Shown here piece by piece: positions 17,808 to 27,111 of a DNA stretch of 41,358 nt. The stretch lies in the IMG/VR virus record IMGVR_UViG_2740892232_000004. One strand, written 5' to 3'. The notes under the pieces are model-generated. The model ran no database searches. It was not told the origin of the DNA and worked only from the letters and a program-made list of their open reading frames with translations. This DNA comes from a virus (lineage: Duplodnaviria; Heunggongvirae; Uroviricota; Caudoviricetes). Numbering within the stretch: position 1 is the stretch's first letter; every line of letters begins with the position of its first letter. Both the position numbers and the translations under genes were made by a program.

Positions 17808-20278
17808 CAGAACCCACCAACAGTAAGGCGAGGAATAACGGCAAGAACAGACAGCGGCAACGGATCAAGCTGACGGATTTTTACACGTCCGTTTTTGCCC
17901 CAGTTACTGTCCAGTTTCACTTCTACTTTTCCGGTAGCATCATCAACAGGATCATCGTAGAACTCGAATTCACGCTGTGGATATTCGTACCATTTACCGC
18001 CGGGCGTAGTCGCCCAGATGCCGCGACTGGCATTCACAACCAGAGTAACGGACGGGATCACCTGTTTTTTGTCCAGCAGCGTTTCCTGTCCGTTAATGTT
18101 GATATCCAGTGTTTCGAATTCAGCAGTTATTGGCAGGCCGATGTGCACTACAGCCCCCGGTGATTCCAGCGTGACGGCACATCCGGAAACCACTTTCTGT
18201 GGTTCCACGTTCGCATCAGAGAGAATGTTTACGGTCTGGCCTTCAAGATGAGACAGGCCTCCAAATGTCCGGCGCGCCATCTGCCAGTTCGTGGTGGCCA
18301 CATTCCTGAGGGATGGCGGGACGTTCCTGTTAGCACGAACCACTACAGCGGTATTGCTGGTTACAGAAATAATGTCGCAACGTAATTCTTTTGACACCTC
18401 ATCGCCAGTATCAGGATCAGTTCCGGTATAAGGGAACTGTAGTTGCGCGCCGACATCACTACTGGTGAAGTACGCACCACCAGAAACACTGATTGTATAT
18501 TCCGCGCGGTAATCCCATTCGCCAGAACCACCAGTGATGATCATCGTTCTGTCAGACGTATTTCTTCCATCATAGCTAAGGCCAGAATCAACAAAGAAAG
18601 CATCTTCATCGCTGGTAAATAAACGGCTGGACAGTCGCTCGATGTATCTCACTGTTTGCCCGTTAACGGTTCGGTTAACGACGAAATACACCGCATCTTC
18701 ATTGCCTTCGCTGATACTGCATGTGCTTTCATATTTTCCGGTACTGGATTGTGGTGCCCATGCAAAAACCTGCTGATCACGCAAATAGGTCATCACCAGT
18801 AATTTACCGTCATCACGGATGCAGAAGGCGCTGGAGTAAGGGACTATTGAGAAGCACCAGTCAACAATGCTGTGCTTCTGAAAAAGATGATTGGCAAGGA
18901 TAGTAAGGTCGTTCCCCTGATAGCCGTCAACATCGAATGAGTAGGCCAGATCACGGACAACACTGCCTTTCTCCTGGACGAACAGAGCAATATTCGCCAC
19001 GGCAATTGGTGGGACATTGCTCGAGCCATTTGATCCCTGAGAGCTGAATGCAAATGATGATGGGGTAAGCACTTTGTTCTGGTCGCCAGTGATGACGTAC
19101 TCACCTCCGGAAGTCAGCGCCACCAGCGAACCAACATCAATCAGGTGACGGATCTCATTAACCTGACGCCCGGCATAGGTGTAGATAATTCTGTCGTCAT
19201 CCTGCGTAGGATTGCTTTTGCCAAAATCCTTATAATCCCCAGTACGGCTGGCCCAGATAGTCTGAGGGAACGCAGTCGATGCGGCGAAGTAAAGACGCTG
19301 TTGATAATAAACAACAGTGCCAGGATAACCATTAACACTGTTCCAGGCATATTTAGCCCATTTATAGCTGGCATTATCCTCGCCAACGACCTGCGAAGGG
19401 ATATAGGAAATCACCTCGGCAGTTGCAGTAGTGCCATTTGCAGCAGTGATACGGGCAATGCCAAAACCACTGTGCAGATACTCCCACTCAATGCCAGTAT
19501 CATCATCACCGGATCCGCCCCAGCCATCCCATGATGTGCCTTCTGTATGCGAAGGGCGCAAAGTACCTGTTTTGCCTGCTGTAACGGCGCGATAGTAGTT
19601 ACTGTCTGCACGGCGAATATCGCCAATCGACGTACTCTTACTGGTTTCCCATACAGGTACTGAATCCACTGCAGGCTGTTCCAGATAGAACAATTTGCCT
19701 ACCTGCTCCGCGCCAAAAATAGAGACGCTTGCCGTTAACGTAATTGTCCCGGTGCTGGCGCTGGCATAAACCGTCACTGACTCATCAATATTGATATCTT
19801 CAAATGGCCCGTTCTTCGTTACCACATCAACCAGTTGCCAGTTGTCATGCGCATAGCGACGCAACTCTTTCGGCGGGTATGCCGGATGAACAAGCGTAAG
19901 CACGTCTGCGCTTTGCGTGAATTTAATTCGGAACAGATCGGCTTCAGTATATGGCGTGGCAATTTCATAAATAACATTGCTGCTGTTCAGCACCAACGCA
20001 CCATCTTTGATAACGCGCATGTACTGGTGTCCGAACTCCAGAGCATAGGTCTGAACCGTCGAGAACTGGAACGGGATCAGGCGGCATTTCCGATTTGGGT
20101 ATTTGGCGGCACCGACAAAACGCGTACCAGGTCGATTCTCAACGCCGCCATACTGCCGCACGATAAAGTTATCGCACTTGCGCAATGCCACCTGGTACTT
20201 CGCCATGTCGATACGTCCGTACAACGACGGTCCAATCTCACCACCAGCAAAGCTGGGCTGGATCCAACTGATAGCCAT
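17807..20278 (-). CDS. Tail tubular protein B-like / tail hub protein
   Basis: 823 aa, follows the tail tubular A-like gene with overlapping stop/start; size and position as in T7-type tails. Confidence 0.65.
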   Translation of the reverse strand: MAISWIQPSFAGGEIGPSLYGRIDMAKYQVALRKCDNFIVRQYGGVENRPGTRFVGAAKYPNRKCRLIPFQFSTVQTYALEFGHQYMRVIKDGALVLNSSNVIYEIATPYTEADLFRIKFTQSADVLTLVHPAYPPKELRRYAHDNWQLVDVVTKNGPFEDINIDESVTVYASASTGTITLTASVSIFGAEQVGKLFYLEQPAVDSVPVWETSKSTSIGDIRRADSNYYRAVTAGKTGTLRPSHTEGTSWDGWGGSGDDDTGIEWEYLHSGFGIARITAANGTTATAEVISYIPSQVVGEDNASYKWAKYAWNSVNGYPGTVVYYQQRLYFAASTAFPQTIWASRTGDYKDFGKSNPTQDDDRIIYTYAGRQVNEIRHLIDVGSLVALTSGGEYVITGDQNKVLTPSSFAFSSQGSNGSSNVPPIAVANIALFVQEKGSVVRDLAYSFDVDGYQGNDLTILANHLFQKHSIVDWCFSIVPYSSAFCIRDDGKLLVMTYLRDQQVFAWAPQSSTGKYESTCSISEGNEDAVYFVVNRTVNGQTVRYIERLSSRLFTSDEDAFFVDSGLSYDGRNTSDRTMIITGGSGEWDYRAEYTISVSGGAYFTSSDVGAQLQFPYTGTDPDTGDEVSKELRCDIISVTSNTAVVVRANRNVPPSLRNVATTNWQMARRTFGGLSHLEGQTVNILSDANVEPQKVVSGCAVTLESPGAVVHIGLPITAEFETLDININGQETLLDKKQVIPSVTLVVNASRGIWATTPGGKWYEYPQREFEFYDDPVDDATGKVEVKLDSNWGKNGRVKIRQLDPLPLSVLAVIPRLTVGGF

Positions 20279-20886
20279 CAGGACAACCTCGCAATGGTAA
20301 ACTCGTCAACCGGTGGCTGTGGTTCCTGTGATTCATTCTGGCTATGCGAGCCAGCACTAAGAATCACGCGATTGTACATATTGAGAGCAAATGTACCGAG
20401 ATCCGCATTCCCAGTCAGCGCCATGTTAATGGCTGCCGCAAGACGCCAGGCCAGCGCCTCCATAAAAATGGCATCAAACATGTTTACATCTGAAACGCGA
20501 GAGACATACTTGAGCCATGCCTGAGGCTGGTCTGTGTAGATCAACTTTCCTGTTCCGTTGGTGTCTGCACCAACTTCGTACTGAACGCGCATTGCTGCTG
20601 TTGGATTGCGTACACCAGGAAGCATAATTTCAGTAATGCGCAGACAATCTGACGGGTACTGGTACGCATATTCCCAGTCAGGCGGTGGATTGCTCGTATC
20701 TGCAAGCGCCACGCGTTTGGTAGCAAAGTTCCAGTCAAAATCAGAAAGCACAGCATCACGGCAGGCCTCAAAGTGCAGCGAACATTCCCCCGCTTCCTTG
20801 CTGGCTTCCGTCAGGCTGTTAATGCTGCGGCTGTTGCCAATATTGGACAGCGCACGATTACAGATCTCTACTACAGAGGCCATCAC
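20278..20886 (-). CDS. Tail tubular protein A-like
   Basis: 202 aa immediately upstream of the tail tubular B-like gene. Confidence 0.6.
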   Translation of the reverse strand: MMASVVEICNRALSNIGNSRSINSLTEASKEAGECSLHFEACRDAVLSDFDWNFATKRVALADTSNPPPDWEYAYQYPSDCLRITEIMLPGVRNPTAAMRVQYEVGADTNGTGKLIYTDQPQAWLKYVSRVSDVNMFDAIFMEALAWRLAAAINMALTGNADLGTFALNMYNRVILSAGSHSQNESQEPQPPVDEFTIARLS

Positions 20887-21206
20887 TCACCTCCGTTACC
20901 GTACAGAGTTTCAGCCGCTGATTTTTCTACATCCCCGGAAACAGGAGCGATCGCCATATCAGTGATCTGCAGATCGGCGCTGCGATTAACACCATCGTCA
21001 GTTTCTTTGGCAGACAGGCCTCGAATAACAGCCTTTGCAGTTATCATCACTTCTGTTCCGACGCCCTGAGGTTGCGCCTTCAGCTTATTCAATGTGTCGT
21101 TATTAAGAGTGATGCACAGCCCCCACGGGTATTCATCGCGAGTTCTGGTTTCTCCGCTCTCATCCTGGTAGCTGTCAGTGCCGGTTTTGAGGTTTACGAG
21201 TTCCAT
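20883..21206 (-). CDS. Structural-module protein, unknown function
   Basis: ATG with AGGAG RBS; the track ORF begins at an upstream GTG. Confidence 0.55.
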   Translation of the reverse strand: MELVNLKTGTDSYQDESGETRTRDEYPWGLCITLNNDTLNKLKAQPQGVGTEVMITAKAVIRGLSAKETDDGVNRSADLQITDMAIAPVSGDVEKSAAETLYGNGGE

Positions 21207-21214
21207 ATACACTC

Positions 21215-21240
21215 CTGCAATAAAGGGGCCGAAGCCCCTT
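21215..21240 (-). terminator. Intra-operon hairpin (attenuator/terminator-like) downstream of capsid-proximal genes
   Basis: AGGGGC-CGAA-GCCCCT hairpin followed on the minus strand by TTATTG. Confidence 0.4.
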
Positions 21241-21256
21241 GTCTGATCCGCGAGGC

Positions 21257-21601
21257 TTACACGCCCAGTTCTTTACGCTTATCTGCGATCTTCTCGCGGA
21301 GCGTTTCGGCTTTGGCGTTATGGTGTGGCTTCTCGTTAAAGAGCAATTCGTACTCTTCACGGAGCTTATCCAGTTCACCATCATCTGACACGTCGTTGAT
21401 GATTTTGGTGCTGGTTGCTGCCATTGACACCTTTCCTGCAACTTTTGCTTTTGCCTGTCTGGCTGCATCGTTAACAGGTTCCAGTGCGCTACCAGGCTCA
21501 CCTTCGTATTCGATTTCTGCCCCCTCCGGCCACAGAGTGTTATGGATATGAGAGAGGCGCAGAACGCGGTATCTTGGTTTCTCACCTGACATCGATATCA
21601 C
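21257..21601 (-). CDS. Structural-module protein, unknown function (114 aa)
   Basis: ORF in virion operon; K/E-rich C-terminus. Confidence 0.55.
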   Translation of the reverse strand: MISMSGEKPRYRVLRLSHIHNTLWPEGAEIEYEGEPGSALEPVNDAARQAKAKVAGKVSMAATSTKIINDVSDDGELDKLREEYELLFNEKPHHNAKAETLREKIADKRKELGV

Positions 21602-21602
21602 C

Positions 21603-22040
21603 TTAACCAGTTACTTTTGAGCGGATCGGATACGGCGTATTGGCATCAACATCAAGACTGATACCAGCAGTGAATTCGCCAGCCGTTAGTGGGCCAGTTG
21701 CGACGGAGTAGTTAACACGCAGATATCGCTGAACACCGGCAGGCACCTTTGCAGAAACAACTCGTTTACCTGCTGTCAGGGCGGTCTTTGCCAGTGCGCC
21801 ACTATCATAAATAGTGGTCCATGAGCTGTTATTCTCACTCGTCTGCAACTGGATGTTTACAGTTGCATCACCGCTTGCTGCGGCGGCTGTGTTAACCAGC
21901 GCCCAAAACTCAAGCGGGTAACCCACGCCGATATCACGACGTTTTCCGTCAATTGGACCGAGATCGATTACGTCAGTAGAAGCCGCGGTATTCGTAACCG
22001 CCTGAGCTTCGGAGAACATCAACAGTTTGTCGGTGATCAT
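21603..22040 (-). CDS. Capsid-associated protein (possible decoration protein)
   Basis: 145 aa directly downstream of the major capsid gene. Confidence 0.55.
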   Translation of the reverse strand: MITDKLLMFSEAQAVTNTAASTDVIDLGPIDGKRRDIGVGYPLEFWALVNTAAAASGDATVNIQLQTSENNSSWTTIYDSGALAKTALTAGKRVVSAKVPAGVQRYLRVNYSVATGPLTAGEFTAGISLDVDANTPYPIRSKVTG

Positions 22041-22091
22041 CTTCTTTCTCCATTAGTGGGTCTGTTACGACCCACAGGTTAATAACAGGCG

Positions 22092-23078
22092 TTACACCAC
22101 GCGGGCTTCTGTTTCCAGAAGCGCATCAGTTTCACGGATTGGTACACCACGGAATGAAGTCCACCACTCGCCTTCTGTCTCTTTTACGCTGATAGCCAGA
22201 GATGTTTTCTCCAGAGACTGCAGATCAAGAGCCTGGCCTACAGTGCGGTTCATGTAGAACACCGGGCGGCCCATGCCACGGTTTGGAATGCGATGTAGTG
22301 CTTTAACCATCAACTTCGCAATATTTGCGGCAGAGGATGGTTCTGAAAGATTGCTGACATCGATGTTTGCAATGCGAACAACATAACGCCAGTCACGCAG
22401 AGCAAGTCCGTTATCCCATTTGTAATGGGTGCGATAGCCTTCGTACTTGCCGCCATTAGCATCTTCCAGTGTCACCTGGCCTTTATCTTCCATCTGGATG
22501 CCAGCCTTCTGCCCTTTCGGGAAGATGCCATGCACGGTGTTTTCGCCCCACACCACTAACCAGATTGAGGTGTTATCTGTACCCGTGCCACCAGCATCAA
22601 TGATGTTCTGAGCATTACCCGCAGACAGGCTGGAATAGCGGGAGGACAGTCCCATAAACTGCTGAGGGTTAACGCTGGAATCACCATAAAACAGCGTCTG
22701 CGCCATCTGCTGATTCATCGCTTCAATAAATGCGCGGTCTTCAGACAGGCGGAATTCGGCGGTATTGCCGTTCAGATCAGCCAGTGACTTATCGACTTCC
22801 GCATAGGTTTCCAGCATGCCAACGGAATCGGTTACCTGCACTGTGGTTGATTTGCTTGGCTGTACGCCATAGTTCAGCAAACGCCAGGTAGCTGAAGGTA
22901 AACCAGAACGAATGGTGGTTCGGTGTCCGGTAGGAAGGTTCCCTTCGACAAAAGGCATATCCTGAAGGATCGGGTTAGTTTGACCGAGAAGCTCGATAAT
23001 CTTATCGACTTTCCCGTTTGGATCGACGCGCTTACCCCAGTCAGCCAGCGTTAGCGCAGTTAAGCCTTTAACAGCCAT
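22092..23078 (-). CDS. Major capsid protein
   Basis: About 328 aa following the scaffolding gene; start at second ATG (GAGAGGAA RBS). Confidence 0.8.
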   Translation of the reverse strand: MAVKGLTALTLADWGKRVDPNGKVDKIIELLGQTNPILQDMPFVEGNLPTGHRTTIRSGLPSATWRLLNYGVQPSKSTTVQVTDSVGMLETYAEVDKSLADLNGNTAEFRLSEDRAFIEAMNQQMAQTLFYGDSSVNPQQFMGLSSRYSSLSAGNAQNIIDAGGTGTDNTSIWLVVWGENTVHGIFPKGQKAGIQMEDKGQVTLEDANGGKYEGYRTHYKWDNGLALRDWRYVVRIANIDVSNLSEPSSAANIAKLMVKALHRIPNRGMGRPVFYMNRTVGQALDLQSLEKTSLAISVKETEGEWWTSFRGVPIRETDALLETEARVV

Positions 23079-23092
23079 TGTCATTTCCTCTC

Positions 23093-23788
23093 TTATTTGC
23101 CATAGAGCACTTCGGCCGCACTACGCTGGCCTTCATTACCACCGGTGACCATGCCATCTTCAGACATCGCCTTTCCGATTTTCACGAACGTTTTGACCAG
23201 ATCAGGGTGATTACCCAGCCCGGTGGTGTTCAGATATTCTTTGAGTTCAGGTGTCCCGAACTGGTCAAGCGCACGCTGTGCGGCGCTAAGGTTAGAAATC
23301 AACTTGTCGCCACCGATTTCTTTGTCGGCTTTTACATCCGCAGCCCACTGCTCGGTTGTTTTCTGCCAGGCTTCTGCCTGGCGCTGCTGAACACCTGCCA
23401 GAATCTTCGGATAAGCATCAACCAGCTTTTGCGCTTGCTCGTTGGTCAGGTTTAGTTCTCGCGCCACCGGCTCGAATTCCTTCAACGCTTCTGTATCCAG
23501 CTCTACGCCTTCGGCAGCCTGAAACTCGTACTTTTCAGGCGCACCCTCTGGTTTATCGCCGTCCTTTTTTTCATCCTGCTTATCGTTTTCAGGCTTTTTG
23601 TCATCAGCAGGTTTATCGCCATCAGCAACAGGTTGTGGCTTATCACCTTCCTGTTGTGATGGATCACCAACTGGAGCAGGGTTATCACCTGCAGGCGCTG
23701 ACGGTTCTGACGCAGCCGGAGCTGCTCCACCATCGACTGGTTGCTCATTGCAAAGACGGCGATACAGCAAACGCTCAAATAAATTCAT
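23093..23788 (-). CDS. Scaffolding protein
   Basis: Low-complexity acidic, Pro/Ala/Lys-rich N-terminal half and helical C-terminal half between portal and capsid genes; AGGAG RBS before ATG at 23788. Confidence 0.7.
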   Translation of the reverse strand: MNLFERLLYRRLCNEQPVDGGAAPAASEPSAPAGDNPAPVGDPSQQEGDKPQPVADGDKPADDKKPENDKQDEKKDGDKPEGAPEKYEFQAAEGVELDTEALKEFEPVARELNLTNEQAQKLVDAYPKILAGVQQRQAEAWQKTTEQWAADVKADKEIGGDKLISNLSAAQRALDQFGTPELKEYLNTTGLGNHPDLVKTFVKIGKAMSEDGMVTGGNEGQRSAAEVLYGK

Positions 23789-23790
23789 GA

Positions 23791-24087
23791 TCACTCCTGT
23801 TCACTGGCCTCTTTGGCCATCTTCAAATACTGTTCAGGGCAATGCGCCATAACGCGCTGAAACAGTTCCAGCGCCAGATTGCGTTGCCCCTCATTAAATG
23901 CCATTGCCATAGCATCCATCGGAGAGATAGCGGAAAACACCCGGCCTTTCTCCAGCACCGACCAGACAACGCGACGCCCCTGTTCACTGCTCATGACAAA
24001 GCGAATGTCATCAATTTCACGCTGTGCCATGTCACGTTGCTTACGGGCGTTTTCTTCTTTCAGTTGATCGTCTTCGAAATCTGTCAT
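23791..24087 (-). CDS. Small head-assembly-module protein (98 aa)
   Basis: Translationally coupled between portal and scaffold genes. Confidence 0.55.
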   Translation of the reverse strand: MTDFEDDQLKEENARKQRDMAQREIDDIRFVMSSEQGRRVVWSVLEKGRVFSAISPMDAMAMAFNEGQRNLALELFQRVMAHCPEQYLKMAKEASEQE

Positions 24088-25763
24088 TGTGATTGCCCAC
24101 CCTGACCACTAACTGCATTCGCCATAGCTGACAAAACACTCGGATCCGAAGTTTTAGCTTCGCTTAGCGTCTTGGCACCCTGTGCCGCCGCCATCCCCAT
24201 CGCCATCATTTGTTGCTGCTGTTGTTGCTGTGCCCGTTGCTGGCGAGCCTGCTCAACCTGTTCCTGCGGAACAATGACGGTTGGAGACACTCCGGACATA
24301 TCAGCGAATGCATCGATCGCCTGATCAACGTTGAGTTTGTCGAGAGCTTCTGGTTTCGCTTGCGCAAGTTGACCAATGAAGTTAACCGTGGACGCCAGAC
24401 TGGACAGGCCGATAGACTTCTGCGCCTGAGCCATGACGGAAATGTATTCGACCTTCAGGGGCATGCCTTCCATCGCGTCAGGCGGTGTCGGCAGCATGTT
24501 TTTACGCACCATCATCGAGAAAGCGCGGTCAATGAGAGGATTAAGACATTCGTCGTTCAGACGCTCCAGAACCGGCCCCAACATCAGAAGTTTTTCTTCT
24601 TTCATTTCGATCACCGCTTCAACAGGCATCGAGCGGGTATTGATGTTCTGCAACATCATGAACAGATCGACAAAGTAGGCGCTGTTAATGATTTGACGGG
24701 TGTCCTGAATGTCTGCCACCAAATCTGCTGTACTGGGGTTAACCAGATAAGCAGGCCTGAAACCATCCTGACCAGTAATCTGATCGATATACGTGATGTC
24801 GCCAGGAAGAAGGGAGGCACGCTGATTCTTGAGGGAAGTCGGAGCAACCATCGGCGGATTGGTGGCTTTATCAATCAACTGCGACTTGCGCTTCTGGAGA
24901 AGCTGCAATGCCTTAACAGGTCCAAGCGCCAGCATACCCGGGCATGATGATCCATAAACATCTTCGCCGTTAACTTCCCAGCGCGGAGCCATAATTGGAA
25001 ACTCATCGAATCCGGACTCACGCAACAACTTGTCGTTATCGCCACCAACCTCGTAATAAACCGATTTGAATGGCTTGTTCTTGCTATCCAGCTTCGATGT
25101 ATCGCGGTCAATGTTCGGGTAAACCGAATGCATCACTTCAATCCACTTCTCGTAGGTGCCGCTTTCCCACATGCTTTTTACGGATTCGCTGACGTTATTT
25201 AGCCCGAACTCCTGAACAAGCTGACGAACAGTCATAGAGAACTTGCGAAAACAGGTGTCCACACTGCCACGAGGTGAGTTAGCCAGGTAGTAACTGCCTA
25301 TCGGGAATGGCATTGTGCGAATGATGTCCTCGTCATCCTCCAGCACCGCCATTGCACCAGTGCTGTATGTGCCGAGGCTTCCGTATAACTGCGGAAGAGA
25401 CTGGTAGAGATTCGACTTATTGAACATATCGTTCATGCGGTTCTGAACTGCCTCAAGCCACAACTTAACAGGGCCATAGTCCATCATTTCAGGATCTGGC
25501 GTAGCCAGGCGAAACCACGGACGGGCGGGGCTTGTTATGCCTGACATCATGCCGCTGGCAAGAGTGCGCGCCGCCATAGTCCCGGTCGAATCAATAATGC
25601 GTGTATTGCGTCGATCGTTACGGTTAACCTCAGAAGTCAGAAAGCGGGAACCACGCGGGTTGATGTAATCACTCAACTCGCGCCAGTGCGGCTCGAACGA
25701 CTGACGCTCGCTTTCAAGTTGTGCGAACTGTTTGTTCAATCGCTCTTTAGTTGTTTCCGCCAT
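24084..25763 (-). CDS. Portal protein
   Basis: 559 aa upstream of the scaffold/capsid genes; Gln/Ala-rich C-terminal tail. Confidence 0.8.
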   Translation of the reverse strand: MAETTKERLNKQFAQLESERQSFEPHWRELSDYINPRGSRFLTSEVNRNDRRNTRIIDSTGTMAARTLASGMMSGITSPARPWFRLATPDPEMMDYGPVKLWLEAVQNRMNDMFNKSNLYQSLPQLYGSLGTYSTGAMAVLEDDEDIIRTMPFPIGSYYLANSPRGSVDTCFRKFSMTVRQLVQEFGLNNVSESVKSMWESGTYEKWIEVMHSVYPNIDRDTSKLDSKNKPFKSVYYEVGGDNDKLLRESGFDEFPIMAPRWEVNGEDVYGSSCPGMLALGPVKALQLLQKRKSQLIDKATNPPMVAPTSLKNQRASLLPGDITYIDQITGQDGFRPAYLVNPSTADLVADIQDTRQIINSAYFVDLFMMLQNINTRSMPVEAVIEMKEEKLLMLGPVLERLNDECLNPLIDRAFSMMVRKNMLPTPPDAMEGMPLKVEYISVMAQAQKSIGLSSLASTVNFIGQLAQAKPEALDKLNVDQAIDAFADMSGVSPTVIVPQEQVEQARQQRAQQQQQQQMMAMGMAAAQGAKTLSEAKTSDPSVLSAMANAVSGQGGQSQ

Positions 25764-25777
25764 TTCAATGACTCCGG

Positions 25778-25984
25778 TTACTGACCAAGCAGCGTTTTAC
25801 CGCTGGTATTAGCGGTTGATGTGTCGCCCTGAGAACCGGTAAGCAGCGTAGAACTACGACCAGCAGCAGCGCGACGGCGACGAGTTTCTTCGTCGCGGGC
25901 ATCAACAACGGCGGCATCCTGCTCCTGTGGTGCTGCCTGAACTTCTGGTGTTGCAGGCACTGATGGTGAGCTACCCATGCACAT
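25778..25984 (-). CDS. Small protein upstream of portal (68 aa)
   Basis: ATG preceded by GGAGTCATTGAT, nearly identical to the portal translation-initiation region; Ala/Thr-rich. Confidence 0.4.
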   Translation of the reverse strand: MCMGSSPSVPATPEVQAAPQEQDAAVVDARDEETRRRRAAAGRSSTLLTGSQGDTSTANTSGKTLLGQ

Positions 25985-26073
25985 ATCAATGACTCCGTAC
26001 GCAATTAAATTATTACCAATTTAACCACATATGATTTATTTATCGTAGGTAGTTGACATTTAACGCACAAATT

Positions 26074-26090
26074 ATTACCTTTCAGGTAAC
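26074..26090. repeat. Palindromic motif ATTACCT-TTC-AGGTAAC (copy 5)
   Basis: Upstream of the portal operon; consensus TTGACA -35 hexamer on the plus strand 17 bp upstream of the left arm. Confidence 0.55.
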
Positions 26091-26401
26091 CAAAGAGTTC
26101 ATTCCGGTTACTAACCTGACTGGCTTGTCGTTAAATTGAACAGGTGGAGTGAGCTTTTATTTTGAGCAGTACGGCGTATGGCACATGCGCCGATAGCGGT
26201 CTGGATACGTTTAAGGGGCACCCTCCCTTGCTCGGGCAAACGAACCAGGTAGCCGGAATGTGCAAGTCGAGCGGTTTTATTCCGCGCACGGGGATTCACC
26301 ATCCCGGCGATTCGGTGTGACGCCTCGGAAGAGACGAGGGTACAACGATGAGAGCATTTATGGAGCCGCGACAAAGTGTGGCGCCTTAACAGGCTAAGTG
26401 C

Positions 26402-26478
26402 TCTCAGCGTTGTGGCATTAGCTCAGTTGGACAGAGCAACCGCCTTCTAAGCGGTTGGTCGCAGGTTCGAATCCTGCA
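26402..26478 (+). tRNA. tRNA-Arg (anticodon UCU)
   Basis: Folded by hand: 7-bp acceptor stem GUGGCAU/AUGCCAC, D-arm GCUC…GAGC, anticodon stem ACCGC/GCGGU with loop CUUCUAA, T-arm GCAGG-UUCGAAU-CCUGC, discriminator G, encoded CCA. Confidence 0.85.
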
Positions 26479-26531
26479 TGCCACGCCAGAATCACGCCTA
26501 AGGACCGTGATGCCAGAAGTTCCAGGTGCTT

Positions 26532-26574
26532 GGCGGTGATGGTTTCCCTTGAAGGACTATCACCGCCCTTTTTA
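26532..26574 (+). terminator. Terminator-like hairpin downstream of the tRNA
   Basis: GGCGGTGAT…ATCACCGCC stem (large loop) followed by CTTTTT. Confidence 0.5.
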
Positions 26575-26651
26575 CAGCAGGACGCCATTGCGATGACTTC
26601 ATGCTGTAAACCAGTACAGCCACGGAAGGCATAACTCATTGCTTCCAGTTC

Positions 26652-26676
26652 GCCCGGTTCGTCCGGGCATTTTTTT
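26652..26676 (+). terminator. Rho-independent terminator/attenuator immediately upstream of the 26689 gene RBS
   Basis: GCCCGG-TTCGT-CCGGGC followed by T7, then AAGGTGA RBS and ATG. Confidence 0.6.
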
Positions 26677-26688
26677 AAGGTGAAAATC

Positions 26689-27021
26689 ATGAAAGAGAAG
26701 ACTGCAGCTGAGCGCTATGCCGCAGCTATCAATGCCGCGATGGCGATTGTAAACCTGCGTGAAGAGATTAAAGATCTCCTTGCAATTATCCATAACAACC
26801 TGACATGTACAGAGTTGCTTGGCGGTCAGTACAACGGTGAGGCGGTGAAGGAGGCATTTAAAAATGCCGAGGTAGGAATAATTCCAGCAAACTATGTCAA
26901 GGCTGAATGTGTGCTCCTAAAGGCACGAGTGAGTCTGCATGAAGATCCTGGTAATCTCGGTCGAACTGCAATGCGTTACGTGATAGACGAGTCGAATGCC
27001 AAACACAATCTACCGAAATAA
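26689..27021 (+). CDS. Hypothetical protein (110 aa) on the plus strand inside the morphogenesis region
   Basis: ATG with AAGGTGA RBS; opposite strand to flanking terminase/portal genes. Confidence 0.55.
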   Translation: MKEKTAAERYAAAINAAMAIVNLREEIKDLLAIIHNNLTCTELLGGQYNGEAVKEAFKNAEVGIIPANYVKAECVLLKARVSLHEDPGNLGRTAMRYVIDESNAKHNLPK

Positions 27022-27025
27022 CACC

Positions 27026-27037
27026 GTGACATGTCAC
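27026..27037. repeat. 12-bp perfect palindrome GTGACATGTCAC (copy 2 of 3)
   Basis: Between terminase large-subunit stop and the plus-strand gene; GTAGATT lies 11 nt downstream on the minus strand. Confidence 0.6.
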
Positions 27038-27111
27038 AAACAGACAGCCTATGAGCTGGCTTTGTTTTATCCTCACCAGAGGATATCAACGACATTATCC
27101 CCACCAGCGGA

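Noticed and set aside
10412-25111. Numerous 60-250-aa ORFs on either strand nested within the large virion, portal and terminase genes
   Set aside because: All are contained in longer ORFs with coherent operon structure and translational coupling; typical shadow ORFs.
25765-26004. Alternative 79-aa frame overlapping the small gene upstream of portal
   Set aside because: H/Q/C-rich unlikely composition; the 25778-25984 frame has an RBS that matches the portal initiation region.
26111-26374. Minus-strand 87-aa ORF upstream of the tRNA
   Set aside because: R/H/S-rich improbable protein, no RBS, and it lies in a GC-rich hairpin-forming leader; treated as noncoding.
26402-26478. tRNA-Arg as the host attachment-site tRNA
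   Set aside because: It lies inside the morphogenesis module, far from the integrase, on the opposite strand to its neighbours; interpreted as phage-encoded cargo.
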